Assembly: GCA_029821455.1 (NCBI GenBank)
Contig: JALGTI010000007.1
Span: 1-46,049 of the forward strand
Length of the DNA: 46,049 nt
Direction: 5' to 3'
DNA from: Candidatus Zipacnadia bacterium
Lineage (GTDB): Bacteria > Armatimonadota > Zipacnadia > Zipacnadales > Zipacnadaceae
This document shows, one piece after another, positions 1 to 8,277 of the stretch. The notes beneath the pieces are model-generated. The model saw only the letters and a program-made list of their open reading frames with translations, did not search any database and was not told the DNA's origin. Each line of letters opens with the position of its first letter. The first letter of the stretch is position 1. The translations under genes were made by a program, and so were the position numbers.

Positions 1-1
1 A

Positions 2-478
2 GACATCGCCAGGGCCCTGCCCGGCACGCTGGTTGCGGACCTTGAATCTATGGCCATGGCCGAGGCCAAGACGCGGCGAATGGTGGAGAAGCAGGCATCT
101 TTCATAATTCCGACAGCACTTCTTGCTGCCGGAATATGGGTTGCGCTGCTGGCCTTGAGCAACGTACGCGAGCGCCGGGCAGAAATCGGCATTCTCCACG
201 CGATGAGCGTAGGTAGGGGCACGATCGCGGCGGCCTTTATTGGAAGAGCCCTGCTACTGGGACTGGTGGGCGCGACTCTTGGCTTTGTGGTGGGCACCTG
301 GCTGGCACTGCACTTCGGCCCGCAGGCTTTTCCTCTGACGGCGGGTAAGATGACCCCGGCGTTCGCGCTGCTTACCTGGTCACTCATCCTGGCACCATCG
401 CTGTGTGTTTTGGCCACCTACTTGCCAACCCTGCTTGCCGTCACGCAGGGCCCGACCGAACTTCTCAGAGATGAATGA
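2..478 (+). CDS. ABC transporter permease, FtsX-like C-terminal domain (5' partial, runs off the left edge)
   Basis: The frame is open from nt 2. The SNVRERRAEIGILHAMSVGRGTIAAAFIGRALLLGLVGATLGFVVG string and flanking hydrophobic helices are typical of the FtsX/MacB/LolE permease C-terminus. Confidence 0.75.
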   Translation, partial: DIARALPGTLVADLESMAMAEAKTRRMVEKQASFIIPTALLAAGIWVALLALSNVRERRAEIGILHAMSVGRGTIAAAFIGRALLLGLVGATLGFVVGTWLALHFGPQAFPLTAGKMTPAFALLTWSLILAPSLCVLATYLPTLLAVTQGPTELLRDE

Positions 479-523
479 GCATGAATACAAACCGACAGTA
501 TCTTGTGAATGGAGTGATAATCT

Positions 524-3500
524 ATGCTTCGCAGGTTTTCTTCGTCAGTTTCCTTTGTTGTACTATTGGTCGCTCTGTTCAGCGTCCATGCCTCGGGTGC
601 AGATTGGCCGATGTGGCGCTGTGATGCCGGACGCAGCGCCGCAACGACACAACAGTTGGCACCTGAGCTGCACCTCCAGTGGGTGAGAGAATACCCACCG
701 CTGGAGCCCGCCTGGCCGGATGAGCCACGGATGCGCTTTGACGTGTGCTATGAGCCGGTTATCAAGAGCAAGACGGTATTTGTCAACTCGCCGCGCAGTG
801 ACAGCGTGTTTGCTCTGGACGCCGCTACCGGTGCGGTCAAGTGGACCTTTTATGCCGGCGGCCCGGTGCGCTTTGCGCCGCTGGCCTGGAAGGACAAGCT
901 CTATTTTGCTTCAGATGACGGTTACTTGTACTGTTTGGCAGCGGCAGACGGCAGACTTGTCTGGAAGTTCTTGGGTGTGCCGACGGAGCGGAAGCTGTTA
1001 GGCAACAAGCGGCTGATCTCCGCCTGGCCGGCACGCGGAGCACCGGTGATGGCCGATGACAAGATATATTTTGCAGCAGGGATTTGGCCCTTTATGGGCG
1101 TGTTCATCTACTGCCTTGACGCCGAGACCGGGCAAGTTGTGTGGGAGAACAGCGGTACCGGTGCCATGTACATCAACCAGCCACACAGCAGTCCTGCCTT
1201 CGCCGGCGTAGCCCCGCAAGGATATCTGGTCGCTGAGGGAGACAGGCTATTGGTGCCCGGAGGGCGGTCGGTACCGGCGTGCTTTGACCTAGACACGGGC
1301 AAGTTTCTGTATTACCAACTGGCGACAAACACGAAGCGTGGTCACTTCCGTGTCGCAACACTGGGGAAGTACTTCTTCAACTGCGGAAACGTCTATAATC
1401 TGGCTGACGGAGAGCTCGTAGCAGGCGTCGGCGGAGTGTCGAACTCCAACCCCTACGCCTACAGCATCAGCACAGCGTTAGTACCCACCGCACGACCTGA
1501 CCTCAAGTGTGCCGTCGTGACTGAGGATGCGATCTACGGCGCGTCTGAGGGTAATATCGCGGCCTATGATATCAAGAACCCGGAGCTTAATATAGGTGAG
1601 GACAGCAAAGGCCGTAAGATCAACCAGTCCAAGATCCCCGAATTGTGGAGACTCAACACTGGCGCCAAGCGAGTCTGGTTGAAGGCGGGCCCGCGACTAT
1701 ATGCCAGCAAGGACAACCTGGTGATGGCTGTTGACCTCCCAAAGTCGGGGGCCGGCAAGCCAAGCACGTCGTGGCAAGCAGAAATCGAGGGCACACCGGG
1801 CGCGATGGCCGCCGCTGACGACAGGCTGTTCGTAGTCACTCTGGAGGGCCGCATCTACTGTTTCGGCCGCCAGACGACTCAACCCACAACCTATGCGGCA
1901 CAGGACGGCAAGCCCGCGGCTGCTCGCGATGAGTGGACCAGGAAGGCCCGCGAGATCATCAGGCAGACCGGTGTCAAGGAGGGCTACTGTCTGGTCTGGG
2001 GTGTCGGGACCGGCAGATTGGCCGAGGAATTAGCCCGCTGGTCTGGCCTGCATGTCGTTGTCATCGATCCCGACGCAGACAAGATCGCGGGGTTGCGGAC
2101 AAGACTCGACGCAGCCGGCCTCTACGGCGCGCGGATCGCAGCCCACGCAGGCGACCCACTTGCCTTCCAGTTCCCGCCTTACATTGCCAGCCTCATCGTC
2201 TCGGAAGATCTGTCGGCAGCGGGAATCGATGCCGGGCAAACCTTTGCGCAGAAGATCTTCTACCCGTTGCGGCCGTACGGCGGCGTCGCTTGCCTTCCCA
2301 TACCTGCAGACAAACAGGCCAGCTTCGCCCGGTCCGTTGCAGCGGCGGGTCTGCAGAACGCCGAGGTCAGCCACAGTCGTGGCTTTACACTCCTCAGGCG
2401 CGCCGGGGCCCTGCCGGGCTCCGCAGACTGGACACACCACTACGCCGATGCTGCAAATACCTGTGTATCAAAAGATGCTGTGGTGAAAGCACCTCTGGGG
2501 CTCCTATGGTTCGGCGGGTCATCCAATGCTACGATACTTCCCCGCCATGGTCACGGTCCCTCGGAGCAGATAGTGGACGGCCGCTTATTCATCGAAGGCG
2601 CCGACACAATGCGCGCTATGGATGTTTACACCGGACGCCAGTTGTGGCAGGTGCAACTGCCAGGGATCGGTACGGTTTACAACACTACCGGCCATCAGCC
2701 GGGGGCCAGCTCTCTCGGCAGCAACCACGTTTCAACGTCTGACGCCATCTATGTCGCCTATGGTCGAAGGTGCCTGGTTCTCGATCCGGCAACAGGCAGG
2801 AGTATGTCTGAGTTCAGGCTTCCGGCTGAGTCCGGCGCGGAGAACACACCTACGTGGGGATACATCGGAGTCTACCAGAACCTGCTGGTTGCCGGTTCCT
2901 CTCCATTAATCTTCGAGGGCGAGAAGACGCCGGGCGGCAAGGACAACTGGGATGCCACATCCAGCAAACAGATAGTGGCCATGGACCGCTACAGCGGAAG
3001 GGTGCTATGGACCTTCGAGTCCACGTTCTGCTTCCGGCATAATACTATCGCCATCGGCGCGGATAAGCTATTCTGCATTGATCGCCTGCCCGACGCGGAG
3101 GTCGAAAAGATGAACCGTCGGGGCGAGGCGTCTGAAGGCAATCCGAAACTGCGGTGTCTCGACGTCCGTACCGGAGAAGTCCTATGGGAGACAACCGAGA
3201 ACGTGTTTGGAACATGGCTAGGGTACTCCGAAGAGCACGACGTCCTGTTGCAGGCGGGGAGGCCCTCGCGCGATATGCTGCCAAACGAGCCAGGCGACAG
3301 GATGATTGCCTACCGGGGCGAGACCGGCGAGGTGCTATGGGACAAGCCGCACCGATACAATGGCCCCTGCCTGTTGCACGGCGAGACCATCATCACCCAG
3401 ACGATTTCCTTGGGAACGCTGGGCAAGGCCTTCAGCCTGCTTACCGGTGAGCAACTGATGCGCAAGAATCCGATTACAGGTGTCGAGGCTCCCTGGCAAT

Positions 3501-4309
3501 TCGGGCGCAATTACGGCTGCAACACCGTTGTCGGCAGCGAGCATCTGATTACGTTCCGGTCGGCTGCGGCTGGATATTTCGACCTCATGAACGATGGCGG
3601 GACGGGTAATCTGGGCGGCTTCAAGTCAGGCTGTAGCTCGAATCTGCTGGTTGCCAATGGCGTTCTAAACGCGCCGGACTACACCCGCACCTGCACTTGC
3701 AGCTACCAGAACCAGACATCGCTGGCGTTCGTACACATGCCGGACGTGGAAACATGGACATTCAATACCTGCGAGCTTGGCGAAGGGTCTGTCAAGCGAG
3801 TAGGTATCAACCTCGGGGCGCCGGGCGACCGCCGTGCGCCAGATGGCATGATGTGGCTTGACTACCCCAGTGTCGGCGGGCCATCGCCAGACATTTCCGT
3901 CAGCATAACACCTGAACAGCCCGAATGGTTCCGTCGCCACTCCTCGCGGGTCAGTGGCGACGGTTTAAGGTGGGTAGCCGCCTGCGGGGCCAAGGGCCTG
4001 ACTTCGCTCAAACTCACGCTGGATAAGAATGCTGAAGAAGATCGTTCGTACACAGTGACGTTGTACTTCATGGAGCCTGATGAGGCCAGGCCGGGTGATC
4101 GAGTCTTCGATGTCGCACTGCAAGGCCGCGACGTTCTCAAGAACTTCGATATTGCCAACGAAGCTGGCCGGCCGCATTACGTGGTTGTCATGGAGTTCAG
4201 GAGCATCAGCGTGAAGGAGCATTTGATGGTCACCCTCAAGCCTTCAGGACCGGCCAAGACCAGCGGCGCGGTTCTCTGCGGCGTCGCGGTGGCTGCTGAG
4301 GCGCAGTAA
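524..4309 (+). CDS. Secreted PQQ-like (BamB-type) beta-propeller repeat protein with a central Rossmann/SAM-MTase-like segment and a C-terminal malectin-like domain
   Basis: The N-terminus looks like a signal peptide (MLRRFSSSVSFVVLLVALFSVHASG). Recurrent blade strings (ALDAATGAVKW, CLAAADGRLVW, CLDAETGQVVW, AMDVYTGRQLW, CLDVRTGEVLW) occur in both halves. A class I MTase-like motif (CLVWGVGTGRLAEELA...VVVIDPD) lies at about nt 1980-2230. The tail is malectin-like (YTVTLYFMEPDEARPGDRVFDVALQG). Confidence 0.85.
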   Translation: MLRRFSSSVSFVVLLVALFSVHASGADWPMWRCDAGRSAATTQQLAPELHLQWVREYPPLEPAWPDEPRMRFDVCYEPVIKSKTVFVNSPRSDSVFALDAATGAVKWTFYAGGPVRFAPLAWKDKLYFASDDGYLYCLAAADGRLVWKFLGVPTERKLLGNKRLISAWPARGAPVMADDKIYFAAGIWPFMGVFIYCLDAETGQVVWENSGTGAMYINQPHSSPAFAGVAPQGYLVAEGDRLLVPGGRSVPACFDLDTGKFLYYQLATNTKRGHFRVATLGKYFFNCGNVYNLADGELVAGVGGVSNSNPYAYSISTALVPTARPDLKCAVVTEDAIYGASEGNIAAYDIKNPELNIGEDSKGRKINQSKIPELWRLNTGAKRVWLKAGPRLYASKDNLVMAVDLPKSGAGKPSTSWQAEIEGTPGAMAAADDRLFVVTLEGRIYCFGRQTTQPTTYAAQDGKPAAARDEWTRKAREIIRQTGVKEGYCLVWGVGTGRLAEELARWSGLHVVVIDPDADKIAGLRTRLDAAGLYGARIAAHAGDPLAFQFPPYIASLIVSEDLSAAGIDAGQTFAQKIFYPLRPYGGVACLPIPADKQASFARSVAAAGLQNAEVSHSRGFTLLRRAGALPGSADWTHHYADAANTCVSKDAVVKAPLGLLWFGGSSNATILPRHGHGPSEQIVDGRLFIEGADTMRAMDVYTGRQLWQVQLPGIGTVYNTTGHQPGASSLGSNHVSTSDAIYVAYGRRCLVLDPATGRSMSEFRLPAESGAENTPTWGYIGVYQNLLVAGSSPLIFEGEKTPGGKDNWDATSSKQIVAMDRYSGRVLWTFESTFCFRHNTIAIGADKLFCIDRLPDAEVEKMNRRGEASEGNPKLRCLDVRTGEVLWETTENVFGTWLGYSEEHDVLLQAGRPSRDMLPNEPGDRMIAYRGETGEVLWDKPHRYNGPCLLHGETIITQTISLGTLGKAFSLLTGEQLMRKNPITGVEAPWQFGRNYGCNTVVGSEHLITFRSAAAGYFDLMNDGGTGNLGGFKSGCSSNLLVANGVLNAPDYTRTCTCSYQNQTSLAFVHMPDVETWTFNTCELGEGSVKRVGINLGAPGDRRAPDGMMWLDYPSVGGPSPDISVSITPEQPEWFRRHSSRVSGDGLRWVAACGAKGLTSLKLTLDKNAEEDRSYTVTLYFMEPDEARPGDRVFDVALQGRDVLKNFDIANEAGRPHYVVVMEFRSISVKEHLMVTLKPSGPAKTSGAVLCGVAVAAEAQ

Positions 4310-4339
4310 AGGGGCCGCGTGGGCTTGTCGGTGGATTGG

Positions 4340-4445
4340 CGTCGTGGTCTCTCCCGGGTACTGTGCGGTCCCACCGCATTATAGTGCCTTCGCCAGCGTT
4401 CGATGAGTTCCTGGGGGCACTGCTCAAGTCGTACTCGGGCAAGGC
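4340..4445 (-). pseudogene. Remnant of an rve (DDE integrase-core) transposase C-terminus
   Basis: The minus-strand translation QELIERWRRHYNAVGPHS is the conserved transposase tail. By hand alignment nt 4360-4413 are about 90 % identical to nt 18416-18469, a second remnant. There is no intact ORF or start. Confidence 0.7.
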
Positions 4446-4478
4446 GGCGTAGGGGAGGGCCGAAGTCCGTAGAGTCCA

Positions 4479-4620
4479 CCCGTAAGGTCCCAAAACTGAT
4501 CTCCCCCCGGCGGAGTGGGGGCTGTGGCGCGGTATGCGCGGGTGGGCCCCGGCGTCGCCAAGCGCGGCAAGGGCTCGGCCCATCCGTCGTGCGCACAGAT
4601 AGGTTTTGGGACCCTACGGG
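4479..4620. mobile_element. MITE-like element, copy 1 (~142 bp, ~22-bp terminal inverted repeats)
   Basis: The left end is cccgtaaggtcccaaaactgatc and the right end is gataggttttgggaccctacggg, which are inverted complements. The interior is nearly identical to copy 2. Confidence 0.75.
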
Positions 4621-4986
4621 ACAGAAACAGATTACATTGACTGTGAGACCGGGGACCATATTCACTGAGTAGCCCTCTACGCGCAGCATACCCCGCGCCA
4701 TTGGCTCGGTAGCGCCGCACGTCCCAGATCGTAGGGCGATCCACTTGCTCTCGTCGTGTTTGCCGGTCCCCGCATCTACGCGACGCCAGTGGGACCTTCG
4801 CAGCAGGAGAAAGCAACTGCAACGTCGAACCACCTAACAAAGACGTGAACAGGGCTTATCGCTGACGAGCAGGATCGGTTGAGCTCGCCGATGCAGGCGC
4901 AATAGCACTCCTTATTTCAAGGCACCGTTGTCCAAGAGATTTCGAGGACGTACGTTCTGGCGCGGTCGTCACGGCTTAGGGCTCAG

Positions 4987-5127
4987 CCGGTAAGGTCCCA
5001 AGACTGATCTTCCCCCGGCGGAGTGGGGGCAGTGGCGCGGTATGCCCGGATGGGTCCCGACGTCGCCAAGCGTGGCAGGCGGTCGGCCCATCCGTCGTAC
5101 GCACAGATAGGTTTTGGGACCCTACGG
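4987..5127. mobile_element. MITE-like element, copy 2 (~141 bp)
   Basis: The ends are ccggtaaggtcccaagactgatc and gataggttttgggaccctacgg. The interior matches copy 1 with scattered substitutions. It abuts the truncated ORF at 5127. Confidence 0.75.
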
Positions 5128-5489
5128 CGATTTTCGAGGCCTTCGACCGCTGGGATGACTGCCATCTGAGCGAGTTCCACCTCGGGCAGAGACCCCGTGA
5201 CAGGTACGGCCGGCGGTATGTGCTGCCGTTTATCTACGACGACCCGCATGACCTGGACGAGGCCCCGGCAGCGGGTAGCATGACACAGACTCGGCTCGGG
5301 AGCTTGGGGCTTAAGGCGGGGAGCGTGTTCTGGTACTGGTACGACTTCGGGGACAACTGGTACCACGAGATCAGGGTTTTGGCGACCGGGGACACGGAAC
5401 CAGGGGTGAGGTACCCGAGGGTCATCGCCCGTGTCGGCGAAAGCCCGCCACAATATGTGAACTGGGATGAGGAGGAAGGGGAGGAGTAG
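5127..5489 (+). pseudogene. pRiA4b ORF-3-like (plasmid pRiA4b ORF3 family) protein, N-terminally truncated at the MITE border
   Basis: The in-frame translation from 5127 is AIFEAFDRWDDCHLSEFHLGQ...VFWYWYDFGDNWYHEIRVL, which carries the family hallmarks (F.W.d.HLheF and Y.YDFGD.W.H.I). The domain starts exactly where the MITE right end stops. Only a GTG at 5220 is available as a start. Confidence 0.6.
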
Positions 5490-5594
5490 CATATCGCTGC
5501 CGCCTACTGGCTCGTGGGTACTTGCCGGATGGGGATCTCAAGGAAGGCCAGCAATCTTTGACCGGTCTCGAACTGGAGATCACAGGAGGGTCAC

Positions 5595-5855
5595 GTGTCG
5601 AGAATCACCAAGCTCTACGAACACTTGGTCACCAATCACCCAGACGCCGACGAGGTCAGGTTGACCCTCCGTGAGATCCACAGGATCGTCAGGGCCCTGC
5701 CGGAGCGGGCCTGGAGGGACGTCGGGTGGTGGGCCAACGATCCGAACGACCACCACGCTCGGCGGTGGCTGGATGCAGGATTCGATGTGACTGAGGTCAA
5801 CCTGACCGGGCAGTACGTCGTCTTCCGGCGGAACGTCAGGGGGAAGAAGCGGTGA
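5595..5855 (+). CDS. Small hypothetical protein (86 aa), a stand-alone copy of the module found at the N-terminus of 6274..7332
   Basis: GTG start preceded by aggaggg (5584-5590). It is clearly homologous to residues 1-80 of the 6274 gene (MS..T.L.E.L......EVRLT..EI..........A.....W...........L.DAG.......L......V.FRR). Confidence 0.7.
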   Translation: MSRITKLYEHLVTNHPDADEVRLTLREIHRIVRALPERAWRDVGWWANDPNDHHARRWLDAGFDVTEVNLTGQYVVFRRNVRGKKR

Positions 5856-5856
5856 G

Positions 5857-5937
5857 ATGAAGCCCCGCCTGGCCCCTCTGGTGATCGTCGTCGTGGCGGC
5901 GGTAGTGGTGATCTGCTGCCAGCGGAACCACCAATGA
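5857..5937 (+). CDS. Possible 26-aa hydrophobic micro-protein (MKPRLAPLVIVVVAAVVVICCQRNHQ)
   Basis: The ATG lies 1 nt after the stop of 5595..5855. It has one predicted TM helix, and codon third positions are almost all G/C, as in real genes here. It is too short for the ORF track. Confidence 0.3.
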   Translation: MKPRLAPLVIVVVAAVVVICCQRNHQ

Positions 5938-6012
5938 GAACCAGACCAGGGGGCTATTTGAGGGCAGTGCTCCGGATCTTCAGCAGGCACTGCGTGTGCT
6001 ATCGGGAGACGG

Positions 6013-6177
6013 ATGATGAGCAACGATGAGGCCACGAGCCGGACCTACCGCATGACGACGCTCCAGGAGATGTCGGATTGGCCGACTGAGATGACCACCG
6101 ACCTCGCTATCTGGCTGGACAGGCTGCGGGAGCCCGGCGAGGAGCCCGAGAGGGTGGTGAAAGTCGATGTGGTATAG
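6013..6177 (+). CDS. Possible 54-aa acidic small protein
   Basis: ATG at 6013 after gggaga. The translation is MMSNDEATSRTYRMTTLQEMSDWPTEMTTDLAIWLDRLREPGEEPERVVKVDVV. G/C bias at third positions is strong. It is co-directional with its neighbours and below the ORF-track length cutoff. Confidence 0.4.
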   Translation: MMSNDEATSRTYRMTTLQEMSDWPTEMTTDLAIWLDRLREPGEEPERVVKVDVV

Positions 6178-6273
6178 AAGCATGGGGTATCCATGGGCCC
6201 TGCAAGCACGGCCATTGCACGGGGGCTGGGATCGGCATTCGAAACCTGCACGGACGTCGATGGAGGATGGTGC

Positions 6274-7332
6274 ATGAGCAAGTTCACGCCGTTGATCGAG
6301 AACCTCTCCGCCAGGCCCAAGGACTTGCGGGAGGTCCGTCTGACCTTTGCCGAGATCGAGAAGGTGATCGGCCAACCTCTGCCTGGGTCTGCGGCAGAGC
6401 ACTGGTACTGGCACGGGCGAGGATACCGGCCTCACGTCGACCTCTTGGCCGACGCCGGCTGGTCCGCCCACCTCGACCCGAAGGCGAAGACGGTAGGCTT
6501 TCGCAGGTTGGACGGGGATACCGTCTCACCTGTGTGGCAGCCGGTGCTGCGGTCTGCGGCAGGTAGCTCTGTTGGCTTGACAGGCAGGGATGACCGTGTG
6601 CGTGACCTGACACAGAATCTCCGGTGTTACGTGGAGGCGTTTACGAGGCGGCAGCAGGAGCCGAATGACGCCGTTTTCACGGGGCCATCGGTCTACTTCC
6701 ACAAGAGGACCTTGCAGCGTCTGGCCTGCGTGGGATTGGACCAGATCCTGTCCGGTCGAGAGACCGAGTTCTTCGAGTTGCTCTACGCCACGCTCGTCTC
6801 GTGGGGCATGTACAGGATGGGACCAGGAGGGGCCAAGCTGGTAGGCTTTGATAGGTTCCGCAGCAGCATCCTCGACAACGCAGGTGCGGTCCGAGAGCTT
6901 CGGGACCTGAGCTTGAGTGGGCTGGACGATAAACCTGCCGTCGACGTTGCGGCGCACCTCGTCAGCCTGATGGACGCTTTGAGCGTCAGCCGCTCGAAGA
7001 CCAGGATGGTCGCCTGCTCCAAGACCCTTCATCACCTGCTGCCGAAGCTGGTCCCTCCGATGGACAGGGAGTACACGCTGTGGTTCTTCTACGCCCCGAC
7101 GAACAAGACCAACGCAATCGACAAGTGCTTCCCGGATGTCTACCGCTGGTGTGCAGCCATCGCTGCCGCTAACCGGGATCACATCGAGGGCCTCGTGGGC
7201 GGCTGTGATGATCTAGCTAGCGACGTCTTCAACACGAGCGAGACCAAGCTGATCGACAACGCCATCGTGGAGTACGTGCTGAGCAAGCTGGGCAAGAGGC
7301 CGAGGGGGGGCCGCCGTCAACGAAACGCCTGA
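6274..7332 (+). CDS. Hypothetical protein: N-terminal module paralogous to 5595..5855 plus an unassigned ~270-aa C-terminal domain
   Basis: ATG at 6274 with ggagga at 6262-6267 (the ORF-track start at 6193 is less likely). The C-terminal domain contains SKTLHHLLPKLVPPMDREYT, and I cannot assign it to a family. Confidence 0.75.
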   Translation: MSKFTPLIENLSARPKDLREVRLTFAEIEKVIGQPLPGSAAEHWYWHGRGYRPHVDLLADAGWSAHLDPKAKTVGFRRLDGDTVSPVWQPVLRSAAGSSVGLTGRDDRVRDLTQNLRCYVEAFTRRQQEPNDAVFTGPSVYFHKRTLQRLACVGLDQILSGRETEFFELLYATLVSWGMYRMGPGGAKLVGFDRFRSSILDNAGAVRELRDLSLSGLDDKPAVDVAAHLVSLMDALSVSRSKTRMVACSKTLHHLLPKLVPPMDREYTLWFFYAPTNKTNAIDKCFPDVYRWCAAIAAANRDHIEGLVGGCDDLASDVFNTSETKLIDNAIVEYVLSKLGKRPRGGRRQRNA

Positions 7333-7515
7333 CAATGGCGTGTCGCGAGGCCACTACTCGCCATGGTGGCCCGGAGTGTAGATCGGCGGATCACCGAACC
7401 GACCCCAATGGGGAATTCATCTGCTATGGCTAGCCGACTGCTGGTGCCCGTCTCTCCAGAGCAACTCTGTGCCGCCACGTTCGTCCACGACAACTGTATG
7501 TTGGGAGGATGCACG

Positions 7516-8214
7516 ATGACGAAGCGAATGTTGCTGGTGCTGTGTCTGGTCATCGCGACCGGCCTGCCGAGGCAACTCGCGGTGCCGGACGATGAGGAGC
7601 GCACGGTCAGTTTCGCCGAGGGGCAGTGGGACGCCGCGCAGTGGACGCCACTACGCCTGCCACTGCACCCGGAGGTCCAGACTCTCGTTCAGCGCCCCGA
7701 CTGCCTCGGCACGAACGGCTTCACACAGGAGCAGATCAAGCAGAAGCTGGACAATGTGTTGCTGATGACCGACAGCGGAACCGATGAGGGCGAGTTCGAG
7801 GTGGTGTTCCGCATCGGCCCGGAGAAGGGCACCGCGCCGGGGGTGTTCCTTTCCCCCACGTGCACCGGCGATGCGCTGGAGACGGGGATCGCGGTCTTCG
7901 TGGCCGACTACACCATGGCCGTGTGGATGGTCAAGACCGATCCGGAGACGAGGGAGACGCAATACGATCACCTGGCATCGCTGGCGCGGTGGCAGGACCC
8001 GGGCGTTCAGCACGTGCTGCGCTGCCGCTACAGCAAGGCCCGGAAGATGGTGGCGCTGCAGGTGGACGACTCCGACGTGGTGATCCTACGCCTCCCCGAG
8101 CACGAGATCAACTCGAGGGTGGGCATCTGGGCGTGCCACGGGACCTGTGAGTACTACAGCCTGACCATCAGGCCGGGTGGCAAGCTACCGTGGTCGGGCA
8201 CGCCGCCGCAGTAG
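7516..8214 (+). CDS. Secreted hypothetical protein (possible jelly-roll/lectin-like fold)
   Basis: ATG at 7516 with gggagga at 7503-7509. The N-terminus MTKRMLLVLCLVIATGLP looks like a signal peptide. The function call is weak. Confidence 0.65.
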   Translation: MTKRMLLVLCLVIATGLPRQLAVPDDEERTVSFAEGQWDAAQWTPLRLPLHPEVQTLVQRPDCLGTNGFTQEQIKQKLDNVLLMTDSGTDEGEFEVVFRIGPEKGTAPGVFLSPTCTGDALETGIAVFVADYTMAVWMVKTDPETRETQYDHLASLARWQDPGVQHVLRCRYSKARKMVALQVDDSDVVILRLPEHEINSRVGIWACHGTCEYYSLTIRPGGKLPWSGTPPQ

Positions 8215-8277
8215 CGGGTGCCGCGGTTCTCGGCCGCCACCCGCCGCACTCTCCAAGTGGCGTCTACACCCGACCGA

